A stretch of DNA of 64,000 bases, taken from positions 23,071 through 87,070 of the forward strand of contig JBEKVV010000008.1 of the NCBI GenBank assembly GCA_049513715.1. Direction: 5' to 3'. Positions within the stretch are counted from its first letter, which is position 1. Every line of letters starts with the position of its first letter. The position numbers and the translations under genes are program-made. The stretch is from Candidatus Bathyarchaeia archaeon (lineage in GTDB: Archaea > Thermoproteota > Bathyarchaeia > 40CM-2-53-6). The notes below the pieces were generated by a model. The model was given only the letters and a program-made list of their open reading frames with translations, did no database searches and was not told the DNA's origin. This document shows positions 28,598-38,726 of this stretch, piece by piece.

Positions 28598-28918
28598 TCA
28601 CGCGTAAATAGACTCTCGTTCATTGTCCAAGGCAAGAACTGAGAGCACACTCGCCACCTCGTTAGGTGAGGGGCCCCCAGTCACTCTAATCATCATCTCC
28701 GCTCCTCCTAACGATTGGGCAAAGCCATACTTCACCAGAAAACCCAGCGCCGCATTCACCGCTTCAGGTTCGAAAGACGACTCACTAGCTAGATCCTGTC
28801 TCGTGTGCCATCTCCCATCCCTAGCCAGGAACCACAACTCGTCAAGAACGGTTGCGAGCCGCGACAGTTTCAACGCGCCTTCCACTGACCCTGCTGACAA
28901 GCGCAGAGTTGAACCCAT
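28598..28918 (-). CDS. Small winged-helix protein
   Basis: DGRWHTRQDLA...ALGFLVKYGF; similar to 63264..63746. Confidence 0.55.
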   Translation of the reverse strand: MGSTLRLSAGSVEGALKLSRLATVLDELWFLARDGRWHTRQDLASESSFEPEAVNAALGFLVKYGFAQSLGGAEMMIRVTGGPSPNEVASVLSVLALDNERESIYA

Positions 28919-29066
28919 TTCGACATCGGCATAGTGCGCGTTGAAGTCTCTAAACTAAAAACATCGATGAGCTGATGTACAAGAAAGTTGCCATGCCAGC
29001 TTCTATAAATCGTGTACTACCAACAGATCAGCGGTCGCACGGTTCCGCTGATCGAGAAGGATTCGA

Positions 29067-29363
29067 TTAAGGTGTCTTCTGGACGAAGTACTCTGAAAGA
29101 TGTGTATACTCTTTCAGGAATTCGATTCCTTTCTCCGTGGCTTTGAACATGTTTGTGCCAGTTTCTTCGTCCACGAACCTCATAAGCAGGCCCTTATTTT
29201 CTAGAAACGTTAGGTACTTTTCGAGTTGCCTGTGGCTCAAATTCGCCTTATACATGATGTGCGTTTTGAGCGTTCCGCTGCCCGCAACCTTCAACATGCT
29301 GCCCAATATTTCGACTCGTGTCCTATTACCGAACTGTTCCTGGCTCTCTTCTAGATGAAGCAC
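29067..29363 (-). CDS. ArnR1-like winged-helix regulator
   Basis: RTRVEILGSML...KTHIMYKANLS...TEKGIEFL. Confidence 0.88.
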   Translation of the reverse strand: MLHLEESQEQFGNRTRVEILGSMLKVAGSGTLKTHIMYKANLSHRQLEKYLTFLENKGLLMRFVDEETGTNMFKATEKGIEFLKEYTHLSEYFVQKTP

Positions 29364-29897
29364 TACGAACTTGACCCGCTTGAAGGTCTATGCTTGTTTC
29401 AGTTTCAATATAAAAACTGCGTGGAAAGAAAAAACTTAGCAAATCCATAACTCACCGGATATTCCAGGTTGAACAGTTGAATGCCCAAAACAATATGCGC
29501 TAACCACACATTTCAACGGAAACTGTGACGAAAGAAGTTGGACGAATGAATCTGCCCCGTGCGACCAACAGCCACCGTTAATGTCTCAGGTTTATGTTTC
29601 CTCTAACACATCCAACGCATCGACTTCTGCTAAGGCTCTTAGACGTTCTGTCGACCATGTGCCTGAAGATCCACTGGAATTCTGATTGACTAGAGAGAGG
29701 GTTAATCCGTGCTCCATTCTCAGTTTCTGAAGAAGAATTCATCAAGGAAAATTGGAGCGAAACAACTGCGGCTCATTTCGGTTCTTTATTGCAACAATAT
29801 GTGGAAGCTGGAATGAGCGCCAAAGGACTAAGATAGAATATGCTTGTTGTTGGTGTTTGTTGGATAAGAAGGGGGGAAGTTCTACAACGTTCGACGC

Positions 29898-32800
29898 TTA
29901 GAGGCGTCTGCGTCGTAGTACGTAGAGTGATGCTGCTAGCGCTGAGAATGCTACAACCGCTATTGATGTGAACTCTGGCACCGGGATGTTGCTTCGTTCC
30001 AGTTGGAACGAGACGCCCGATGAGCTTTGTCCGCTGCTGATGGTGAGGGATTGGCTTACTGTGGTGAAGCCTTGGTTACCGCTTGGAGTCCAAGCGATGA
30101 CCTGCATGTTGTACTGACCTGCGTCCAGGTAGGCGTCGTAGAATCCGTCACGAGTCCACGTGCTGAAGGTTTGGTTGCCCGTGGCTGATGCAAACTGGAT
30201 CGTGTCCCAGGACTCTGTGCGGAAGTCGTTCGCCCACGTGAATCCGTAGACGTTTCCGCTGATGTACCCGCGCTTGTCAAGTTCGTAGATTGCTGAGGCT
30301 TCTGCTCCTAGGTGAGCGTTGGGTATACTCCACACTTGGCGTTGAGCATATGGACCTAAGCCGTTTGCAGCTAAGCTGTCACCCGAGTATCCGAAGGGTC
30401 CCGCTGGGCTTCCCGGAATCGTGTGGAAGCTATCGCCTTCCAGTAGACCTTCAGCTGCTGGGAACCAGTTCGACTGAAGCGGGAACCCGTCAGCGCCGAA
30501 GTTGTTCTTCGGGTACAGGTTCACCGTGTCAACCTCAGCAGTCCAGCCACCGCTGTAGCTGCTGGGTATGGTGGTTGAGAAGCCGTCAATACCGTAGAGG
30601 TACGAGTCGACTTTCTGTCCGCTTGAACCGTCCCATGCCTTAGTGTGCAGTATACTGGAACCAGATCCATCTAGTGGGTCACCGTCGTAGTCATACATTC
30701 CGTACAATTCGACGCGTACTTGTTGCGTCCGAGCCGGAATGGCTCCACGCCAGTAGCCTTCACCCCAACCTTTCACGTTCTTCTGTATGTTGTAGAACGA
30801 AGACCAAACTTGGCTTGCCTGCCCTTGGTTGCTGTCGAAACCTTGCCAAACGGCGATGCCTGGGGACGATGACCCATAATAGTCACCGAACCAAATGAAG
30901 CCATCACCGTTAGCTGTGCCACCGTCGACACTCTTCAAACCATTGCCCACATCAGGCGATGGTGAGAACGGGTCGGGGTAGTAAGTGTAACCGCTGCCAA
31001 TGCCGCTAGCGTCCCTCCCGCGACCAACCGCGTCGGTTGCATCCTTCAGGTGGAATTGGTCAACTGCCTGCGATGATTGCGTGGCAACCAAGTTGCCGGC
31101 ATCGTCGAAGAGTCTTACTCGCATTGTCATGTTGAAGTCGGTGGGTGTGAAGATGCCCTCTTTCTTGAAGGGTATGTTGATGGTGACGTTGACACCTTGC
31201 AGTAGGTTCACTCTAATGTCGCCAAATCCACCCTTCGGTGCGTAGACACTGAACTCCTGGTGCTGCACGTATCCTGGCGTGAACCAGAACGCCGTGTAGG
31301 TTCCAGTTTCCAAGCCTATGCTCGTCGTGAAGGGGGGTGCACCTCGCCTGTAGAGTGAGGGATTCGCCAAGAAGCCGCCACCATACTGGCCTATGTCCCA
31401 GTACTGGAGATTACCACCAAACTCCCAGCCAGGGCCGTTGTCAGCTCCATCCGATTCGAGGTTGTTGACACCGTCGAACTCTTGCACCTCGACGTTGGTA
31501 GCCCCTGCTATTTGACGCACGTCAATGTCTCCGTACGCGTATCCATTCTGATCGAACACGTACCCTCGCAACTCAGTGCCCGGTAGCTCCCACGGCTTTG
31601 CGGTCGTGGGGTGCTCCCAGTCGATACTGTAGATGGTGATGTTGAGTATGGCTCCACGGTAGAGGTGGTTGCTGATCTGCGCAGGGTTGCCGCTCAACGT
31701 AAGCGAAACGGATTCGAAGGTTTGCTGAACGTACCCACGCATATACACGTAAACCGTGTATGTGCCTGCGGGTAATCCGTAGTCACGATGGCCTGCTGGG
31801 ATGAAGTCAGAGTATTTGATTCCGAACGTGTCGGGTCCCATCATGCCGAACCCGTTGATCTGTATGCTTCTGTTCTCATCAGTGCCCAAGACATGTGTGA
31901 AGTTCAGGCCCCACAGCACTCCGTTCGAATCGCGAACCTCAGCAATCAGGTATCTGCTACCTGCTGCTAGGCCGTTCTTCGGACTGGGCCCAAGGCAGCC
32001 GTTCACCGCGCATTCTTGTAGCGTGCCTGGCAAGTCGTGGAAGTGAACGGTCTTGTTGATGGTACTGCTGATTCGAAGGTCCATGGGCATGAATACGTCT
32101 CCAGCCCACTCATCCTTCGCAACATCAAAGTAGTACTCGTCAAGCGTCTGGCCGTCTTGGAGTGTTTGCGTGTATCCGTTGATCCACGCCCTCACCCAGT
32201 ACCGACCAGCCGTTAAGCCGTTGACCCATGTTGCCAAAGCCTGTGGAACGTGTCCATCAAAGTCTGTTGGTGCACCGTAAACTCCCTTCACTCCGAATCG
32301 GTAGATGAAACTGTTCGAGCCACCACCGTTCGTGAATTTGCCTGCTCCGTCAACCCACCAGTACTGCGCTGGACCAACACCGTTCTGCTTGCCGCATAGG
32401 TCGTTCTTTCCACCGCATTGCACTCCGTTTTCAGCGAAGTTGTTGGCGAGGGGATAGTTTTGTGCTGGGAAGAATTGGCTGTAGTACGATCCACCCCAAG
32501 CCGCATTTGCTGCGAACCACGGGTAGGCCACGGGCCTGGGTGTTGGACAACCAGACGCGTCATGCGTACTCGTTGAAACAGTTTCGCAAGCACTGTTAGG
32601 GGGGTAGGCGCCTTTATTCATGCCTCGGAAGGAATCCCAATCATAAGCCATGAATGGTGGATGCGTCAAGTTCAGAGGTGAGAACGCTCTAACACTGCTG
32701 CTAGCGTAATCGTTGGCGCCGTAAAGTTCCACGTACACCGGTCTCGGGTTGCTTGGCCAAGGTTCTTCACCAAACAAGTGTTTGCTGTAGATTTGTCCAT

Positions 32801-34088
32801 TGACAACTGGTCCTGGGTTCAGGTAGATGTCCAAATGGAACGATTGGCCGGGTAGTATGGTTACTTGTGATGCGACGAGCTGCGCGGGGTACCCTGCTGC
32901 CTCGGCGTATACGTCGTATACACCTGAAGCGACGCCCTCAACTTCAAAGTGACCTTGAGCTGAGGCGTTGAAGTAGCCCATAGCAGTTACGTTGCGACCA
33001 GTCGACGGATGATCCGGCTTGTACGGGTCAATTCCTGTGCCAACAGCCCAAACCTTCCCTGGGAAGTTAATGGGTTGCTGGTAGAGGGTTTGGTTGAAGG
33101 TACCATACCGGACGGTTCCGGTTATGATGCCTGGGTCAACTTCACCTTTAACCAGCAAAACTGGATAATTCTCAACTGGAACAGTAGCATTAGTAGCACC
33201 AGACGATGGAATGTACAGTGGGTTGTTAGGTACAGGGCCAGTCCAGCATGCAGCTGTTGCAACGGTCGGGTCACATTGGAACCCGTTCGTGAGGAACGTG
33301 CGAGCCATTCCTGGCCAGTTAGTGTTGAGGAATTCGTCCCACAAGAAGACTTTGAAGAAGTATTTTCCTGCAATTTTCGGCGCCACTACACTGTTGATTT
33401 TCAAGTAGTACCATTCCTGGTACTTGTGTTGTGGCCAGAAGTGAATGTCACCCTGAAAGTTGACTTGCCACCAACCGGGGCCGAATGCGTCCCAGCTGTT
33501 TGCCTTCTGAATAATCATGTCGTTGGCGGTCGCACCAAAGGTGGACTCCACGAGCCCCGGGTTATTCAGAGCGGCGGTCAAGTCGAATTCGGGTGGAATG
33601 TAGATTGTTACACCAGTGTAGTTTGCACAGTAGCCAAATCCGGGGGTACCACAGTAGCCAAGGCCAGTATGCCAGCCTGCGAAGGCTGTGGGATCGCTGA
33701 AGTTGATCGCGAAGACCAACGGTCCAGTGTTCGGGTGGTCGTCAGTTGAGGTCAATATTGCACCGAAGGGTGCGTAGGTATTGCCATCAAGCTGATAGAC
33801 ACTAGCCTGCTGACCGGGTGGATTACCGCCTGGGTTAGGCGATTGATAACCCGGAGGAAACAGGCCTACAGGCCCGCCTGTGTACGGTCCACTGAACGCT
33901 CCAGCACCTGCGCCTGGCGAAACGTACATGAGTGGCCCTGCTACGTGCGGGTCATAGTCGTTCGCGTGGAATCTGTAGTTCGGCGTCAAATCGCCCAACG
34001 TAAAGTGGGCACTTGCAGGAGCTATGATCGCTACGGAACTCAAAACAAAGATTGCGATTGTAAGCACGGCAACTAATTTCTTATGCAA
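29898..34088 (-). CDS. Large surface glycoprotein with PEF-CTERM anchor (S-layer candidate)
   Basis: Likely TTG start at 34088 (MHKKLVAVLTIAIFVLSSVAIIAPASA); beta-sandwich/carboxypeptidase-regulatory-like repeats; many NxS/T sequons; IPVPEF-TM-RRRRL. Confidence 0.8.
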   Translation of the reverse strand: MHKKLVAVLTIAIFVLSSVAIIAPASAHFTLGDLTPNYRFHANDYDPHVAGPLMYVSPGAGAGAFSGPYTGGPVGLFPPGYQSPNPGGNPPGQQASVYQLDGNTYAPFGAILTSTDDHPNTGPLVFAINFSDPTAFAGWHTGLGYCGTPGFGYCANYTGVTIYIPPEFDLTAALNNPGLVESTFGATANDMIIQKANSWDAFGPGWWQVNFQGDIHFWPQHKYQEWYYLKINSVVAPKIAGKYFFKVFLWDEFLNTNWPGMARTFLTNGFQCDPTVATAACWTGPVPNNPLYIPSSGATNATVPVENYPVLLVKGEVDPGIITGTVRYGTFNQTLYQQPINFPGKVWAVGTGIDPYKPDHPSTGRNVTAMGYFNASAQGHFEVEGVASGVYDVYAEAAGYPAQLVASQVTILPGQSFHLDIYLNPGPVVNGQIYSKHLFGEEPWPSNPRPVYVELYGANDYASSSVRAFSPLNLTHPPFMAYDWDSFRGMNKGAYPPNSACETVSTSTHDASGCPTPRPVAYPWFAANAAWGGSYYSQFFPAQNYPLANNFAENGVQCGGKNDLCGKQNGVGPAQYWWVDGAGKFTNGGGSNSFIYRFGVKGVYGAPTDFDGHVPQALATWVNGLTAGRYWVRAWINGYTQTLQDGQTLDEYYFDVAKDEWAGDVFMPMDLRISSTINKTVHFHDLPGTLQECAVNGCLGPSPKNGLAAGSRYLIAEVRDSNGVLWGLNFTHVLGTDENRSIQINGFGMMGPDTFGIKYSDFIPAGHRDYGLPAGTYTVYVYMRGYVQQTFESVSLTLSGNPAQISNHLYRGAILNITIYSIDWEHPTTAKPWELPGTELRGYVFDQNGYAYGDIDVRQIAGATNVEVQEFDGVNNLESDGADNGPGWEFGGNLQYWDIGQYGGGFLANPSLYRRGAPPFTTSIGLETGTYTAFWFTPGYVQHQEFSVYAPKGGFGDIRVNLLQGVNVTINIPFKKEGIFTPTDFNMTMRVRLFDDAGNLVATQSSQAVDQFHLKDATDAVGRGRDASGIGSGYTYYPDPFSPSPDVGNGLKSVDGGTANGDGFIWFGDYYGSSSPGIAVWQGFDSNQGQASQVWSSFYNIQKNVKGWGEGYWRGAIPARTQQVRVELYGMYDYDGDPLDGSGSSILHTKAWDGSSGQKVDSYLYGIDGFSTTIPSSYSGGWTAEVDTVNLYPKNNFGADGFPLQSNWFPAAEGLLEGDSFHTIPGSPAGPFGYSGDSLAANGLGPYAQRQVWSIPNAHLGAEASAIYELDKRGYISGNVYGFTWANDFRTESWDTIQFASATGNQTFSTWTRDGFYDAYLDAGQYNMQVIAWTPSGNQGFTTVSQSLTISSGQSSSGVSFQLERSNIPVPEFTSIAVVAFSALAASLYVLRRRRL

Positions 34089-34139
34089 TCTTTGATTTCC
34101 CCAAAATTCAGCTCTTATCCATACCACTTTCGAGGCGCG

Positions 34140-34150
34140 TATATAAAACC
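34140..34150 (-). promoter_or_regulatory. TATA box of the S-layer candidate
   Basis: GGTTTTATATA on the minus strand, about 55 bp upstream of TTG 34088. Confidence 0.5.
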
Positions 34151-34341
34151 CTCAATGCTAGGATGCCATTTAAGAGAAGAAGGGTTGCGTCTCTGCTTAG
34201 TTGAGCCTATGTGGATGGGGTGGGGTATAGTTCTCTGGAGAGAACGTTTTGCTGAAGGCTTAGGATTAGTGTTCTAGAATAGGCTACCGCAACCTCCATA
34301 CCTGCGAGGAAAAGGGAACAAGAACTGGCGAGCCACTCAAA

Positions 34342-35490
34342 TTGTGTAGAACCTATCTTGCGCTGCTTCTCTTGGTCGTTACGATAGTTGGAACTCCATG
34401 GAACTTAGCCATGGCATTTGGCAGTGCTTATGCGCATGTTCCGGAAACTACGGCTCCCGGCATATTTCAGGAGCCGAGAACAACTCGGCCCGAGAACTTC
34501 ACCGAACTGGGGGTTCTTCAGAACGGGGACTTCGAAAATGGCCTCCAAGGATGGACAATCGCTAATCATTTTGTTGGCGGGGGGAACGGTTACCCTTCAA
34601 TCTCGGCTTACTTGGTTCATTCGGGATCCGCGGCTTTGGCTTTGAATTTCTTGTCTTCAAATTTCGGTGGGGGTACAGGACAACCATTGGAGTTGACAGG
34701 GGTGTTTCAGGCGGTTGATGTTCGCGAGCTACGGGGCCTCCATGTGGAGGCGTGGTTCATGATGCTTGGCACTGTGTCGCAAATTGCCGCTCGGATGCGG
34801 GTTCAGGTGGGAGAGTTTACAGTGAACTACTACGTCGCCTATGACAGTGAGCAGCACCTTCGCCAGTACGACACAGTCCAGTCAAAGTCCATTTTCGTTT
34901 ACCAGGCCGGCTTAGGTTCAAGTGAATGGTTGCACTTGAATCGCGATGTGGGGGAGGACCTCCATTCCCTGTTCGGCCCGCAAGGGTTACAGATCTTTGA
35001 GCAGAACAAAACAACAATCACCTTAGGATTGGAGTTGATGGGTTTCGGATATATCCCCACGTACCAGATTATGCTCTGGGATGATGTGCAAGCAGCCGCA
35101 CTGGTTCCCATGAACTCAACCGAAACAACAACCACGACCACAACGACCGCGTCTAGCACAACTGCGGTGTCCACGTCCGCGCCGGTAACAGTTGCCATTT
35201 CGACTGCAACGTATTCTTCTAAAACATCATCAATAGGAACGCCAACTGAAGCAATGGTACTTGGCTTGTTTCCGCCAATTCCATTCTACGTGGCCGTTGC
35301 CGTTGTCTTGGTGTTAGCTGGGGGGTTCGCGATGGCCGCTTTGTTGCGGGGCAAGCAAAGACGTACTGGCACCGGAATTCGTTGTGGGTCCTGTGGCTAT
35401 GACAAAGACATTCGGCCAACGGACAACTATTGCCCGCGTTGTGGAATGCGCCTTAGCCCTGGTGGGGTGGAGACCGCGGTTAGTGCCTGA
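34342..35490 (+). CDS. Type I membrane protein: CBM-like ectodomain, S/T linker, TM, cytoplasmic zinc ribbon
   Basis: LQNGDFENGLQGW, WDDVQ, T-rich run, CGSCG...YCPRCG. Confidence 0.75.
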   Translation: MCRTYLALLLLVVTIVGTPWNLAMAFGSAYAHVPETTAPGIFQEPRTTRPENFTELGVLQNGDFENGLQGWTIANHFVGGGNGYPSISAYLVHSGSAALALNFLSSNFGGGTGQPLELTGVFQAVDVRELRGLHVEAWFMMLGTVSQIAARMRVQVGEFTVNYYVAYDSEQHLRQYDTVQSKSIFVYQAGLGSSEWLHLNRDVGEDLHSLFGPQGLQIFEQNKTTITLGLELMGFGYIPTYQIMLWDDVQAAALVPMNSTETTTTTTTTASSTTAVSTSAPVTVAISTATYSSKTSSIGTPTEAMVLGLFPPIPFYVAVAVVLVLAGGFAMAALLRGKQRRTGTGIRCGSCGYDKDIRPTDNYCPRCGMRLSPGGVETAVSA

Positions 35491-35765
35491 CCTTGGTAAT
35501 CCTGTTCTTTTTTCACTCCTGAGTCCTGAATCTCTGGCGGTAGTTCCGGGTCAATCGGTGGTGCGGTTCGGTTTCATGTGATGTATTCGGTAGCGCACAC
35601 ATTCCCGGCTAGCAGGGAGTTGGGCCATGTCCAGGTGTGAGATAGTGTCAGTGAGGGCTTACGCCTTCGTTGTCGAGCAGTGCGAACGCATGCTCCGAGC
35701 TGCTCTTATCGTGAGAATTGAGAAATTCGAGATGGTCTTCGATTGAGCCGACCCATGAAACGGTA

Positions 35766-37040
35766 CTAACCACTCTCATCAAGAGAGCTGGGCTGCTTCT
35801 CTCTTCTTGGCCCAGGTTCTCTAACTTCGACTGGGGGCATCTCCTCGCTGGGGCTGAGCGTAATCTCATGGTAGCGCTCCAGGAAGCTTGATCCAGCCGC
35901 GGTCAGTTCATAATACATGCCCTCGCCTATGGTGCGCGTCACGAGGCCCGATTTCAGCAACGTTCCGATAGAACGTTGAAGTTGCGAATTACCTTCAATT
36001 TCCTTACTCGTAACTTTCCTTGCGCTCATCAACTCCAGAGCATCAAACGTGCTGTCGGTTGAAGTCTGCGCTGGCTTCATTATCGGAAGCGGTCTGTCCC
36101 ATATGGAAGAACGTATGTGTTCTAAGGTTTCAACTGTGTGCGCTCCTATAAGTCCCGATTCGGATGATGTGTCATGCCGTACGATGCTGTCAACGAAATT
36201 CGAAATTTCCGAAGCGATTGTGTTGCTGGGTAAGACGGGAATTTCATGGTATGAGTCGTGATTACTCTTGCGCACGGTTTGTTTGATACAATCCACCAAC
36301 AATGTCGCGTTAGAGCCGACAATCGTGACCTCTCTGACTTTATTCGGATGAAGCCAACTTAGTTCTATATGTGCGAAGGTGTCATTCGGGAATTCTGCAA
36401 TCACGTAGGCAACTTCACCGCGCTCTCCGCGAAAACCTCTCGTGATTCCATTCACTTCTTGGGGCCACATGCCGAAGAGTTGGTTCAAGATGTCTACGGG
36501 ATGAGGACCTAAGTCGAACACTATGTCTCTGTCAGGGAAGAAGGCCCGATCAGTCCACTGGATTCTAACGTAGAATAGCTTGCCAAGCTCGCCTTTGTTC
36601 ATTACGTCTCGTGCTGCATGTAAGGCGGTGTTGAATCTGAAGACATGACCAACATGAATTACGAGCCCTCGCGATCTCGCAAGCTCAACCAACTCGTAGG
36701 CTTGATGTGAATTAAGCGTCATGGGTTTTTCGACGAGCACGTTCTTTCCCGCGTCCAGCGCCATCTTTGCCGTTGAGTAATGAGTTGGATTTGGCGATGC
36801 GATGTGCACGGCCGCTATTTCCGGATCTTGCATTACATCAGAAATCTTCTGCGTTAAGCGACTCTGGTCGATAGATGAGGTCTGCTTGCTTATGAGGAGG
36901 CCGCCCAGCGCGGCAAGAGAAGGGTCACACACTTTGACGAGTTTGATTTTCCCGTTCTTCTCTGCTGGTAGGTATTCAGATACTAGCTTCTTCCCCCAAT
37001 AACCGGCCCCTATCACAGCTACTCCTACGCGATCTGTCAT
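35766..37040 (-). CDS. Gfo/Idh/MocA oxidoreductase (WbpB-like) with a C-terminal wHTH
   Basis: IGAGYWG, VLVEKP, DLGPHPVD; tail GTLLKSGLV...YELTAAGSSFLERY. Confidence 0.88.
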   Translation of the reverse strand: MTDRVGVAVIGAGYWGKKLVSEYLPAEKNGKIKLVKVCDPSLAALGGLLISKQTSSIDQSRLTQKISDVMQDPEIAAVHIASPNPTHYSTAKMALDAGKNVLVEKPMTLNSHQAYELVELARSRGLVIHVGHVFRFNTALHAARDVMNKGELGKLFYVRIQWTDRAFFPDRDIVFDLGPHPVDILNQLFGMWPQEVNGITRGFRGERGEVAYVIAEFPNDTFAHIELSWLHPNKVREVTIVGSNATLLVDCIKQTVRKSNHDSYHEIPVLPSNTIASEISNFVDSIVRHDTSSESGLIGAHTVETLEHIRSSIWDRPLPIMKPAQTSTDSTFDALELMSARKVTSKEIEGNSQLQRSIGTLLKSGLVTRTIGEGMYYELTAAGSSFLERYHEITLSPSEEMPPVEVREPGPRREKQPSSLDESG

Positions 37041-37171
37041 TTGCTTTCCATCTGAACGGGGAAGATTGTTATTGCACAGTATACGGGTCCATATTGATAA
37101 GCGGTTTGATTTAGGGAAAACTTTGGTCTTCCTTAGGCTTAACTCATCCTTACTTCTCTATAGTAATCTAC

Positions 37172-38302
37172 TCACATTTGCAGATTATTCTGGTAGAATT
37201 CACGCACTTTCTCGCTGACAAAATCCACTTCTTCCTCATTCATGGTTGGGTACATTGGGAGGCTGAGCACTTCCCGGCAGAGGTTTTCTGAGAGGGGGAA
37301 TTCTCCGCCCTTGTAACCGAACATTTCGCGGTAGATCGGTTGCATATGTATTGGTTCTTCATAATGAATTCCAGTCTCCACCCCAACACTTTGTAGCCAA
37401 TCGCGTAGCTCTCCTCGCCTCTGACACCTGACCACATACATGTGGTAGACCGGATTGACTGTAGAATCTGGTGCAGGCGGTATGGTGACTTGTTTCACTT
37501 CTGAGAGGGATTTGTCGTACCTAGCTGCGACTCGCCTTCTTGCCTCGTTCCATCCATCCAATCGTTTCAGTTGCACGCGGCCAATCGCTGCTTGAATCGT
37601 GTTCAGTCTCTCCGTGAAGCCCACTGAACTGTGGAGGTACTTCTTTCCCTTGACTCTGCCACAATCCCTTAGGCTTCTCACAGTATCCGCAATCGTTTCG
37701 TTGCCCGTAACTACCATTCCTCCGTCGCCGCCCACGGTCATGTTCTTTGCTGAATAGAATGAGAAACATCCCACGTCACCCAGAGAACCTGTCTTCCGTC
37801 CTCCGTAGGAGGCGCCATGGGCTTGGCAAGCGTCCTCGATCACGAGTAATCCGCGTTCCTTTGCTATCTCAGATAGCTCCTTCATTTGCGCTGGGAATCC
37901 GTACAGGTGCACGGGCAGCAATGCCTTGGTCTTGTTGGTGAGAGATGCGCTCACTTTCGCGGGATCGATTGTGTAATTCTTGAGCGATACATCAGCGAAT
38001 TGGGGCGTGCCTCCGGCGTGGATGATGGAATTTGCAGAGGCCACGAATGACATTGGGCATGTTATGATGTCGCTTCCGCGAAGGTTTGAGGCGATCATTG
38101 AAAGTATGAGTGCGCTTGTGCCTGAAGCTGTGGCAACTGCGAATCTCGTCCCACAGTACTTTGCGAACTCTTCCTCGAACTTGTATACGCTCTCTCCTAG
38201 GACGAAGCGTTCATTCTGCATAGCCGCTACTGCGGCTTCTTTCATTTCCTCGTCGAACACGGGGTTCGCGAGTGGGATCTTACGCGTCATAACTTTCAAC
38301 AC
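37172..38302 (-). CDS. DegT-family aminotransferase (WbpE-like)
   Basis: PVHLYG, EDACQAHG, SFYSAKNMTVGGDGG, SLPMYP. Confidence 0.95.
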   Translation of the reverse strand: MLKVMTRKIPLANPVFDEEMKEAAVAAMQNERFVLGESVYKFEEEFAKYCGTRFAVATASGTSALILSMIASNLRGSDIITCPMSFVASANSIIHAGGTPQFADVSLKNYTIDPAKVSASLTNKTKALLPVHLYGFPAQMKELSEIAKERGLLVIEDACQAHGASYGGRKTGSLGDVGCFSFYSAKNMTVGGDGGMVVTGNETIADTVRSLRDCGRVKGKKYLHSSVGFTERLNTIQAAIGRVQLKRLDGWNEARRRVAARYDKSLSEVKQVTIPPAPDSTVNPVYHMYVVRCQRRGELRDWLQSVGVETGIHYEEPIHMQPIYREMFGYKGGEFPLSENLCREVLSLPMYPTMNEEEVDFVSEKVREFYQNNLQM

Positions 38303-38486
38303 CTATCTACCGAACATTTCTCAGGTTGCTGGTTTGCGACGTTTGCGGACTTAATGAGCGTTTCTGCCAGCGACTTTTCAGTTGCGTGTTTGAAAAAGGC
38401 ATTATCCCAACACTTTACTACCCGTCCCGAATGCACAGCTGGGAGTCCCAAATTGTGGATGACAAATGGGCTACGGGGTTTGATGA

Positions 38487-38726
38487 GTGAGAGCGAAGTT
38501 TAGACTCTGTCTTCTGGTCGTCTCCTTCTTTAGCCTCTTGTGCTGGGCTTATTCTGTTGCCATGCAACTCGTCAATCCGGAGGCAGTGTATTGGGAGTTA
38601 GCTTGGTGGTTACCTTGGGTTCGCATTGACTATTTCGGGGAAGCCGGGTTCATCATCTCCTTCTCGTGCGCGATTGCGTGGGCATTGACCTCTGAGTTTG
38701 AGGCAAATTTGAAAAGAACACCTTAG
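38487..38726 (+). CDS. Small 2-TM membrane protein
   Basis: Homolog of 1844..2146. Confidence 0.6.
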   Translation: MRAKFRLCLLVVSFFSLLCWAYSVAMQLVNPEAVYWELAWWLPWVRIDYFGEAGFIISFSCAIAWALTSEFEANLKRTP

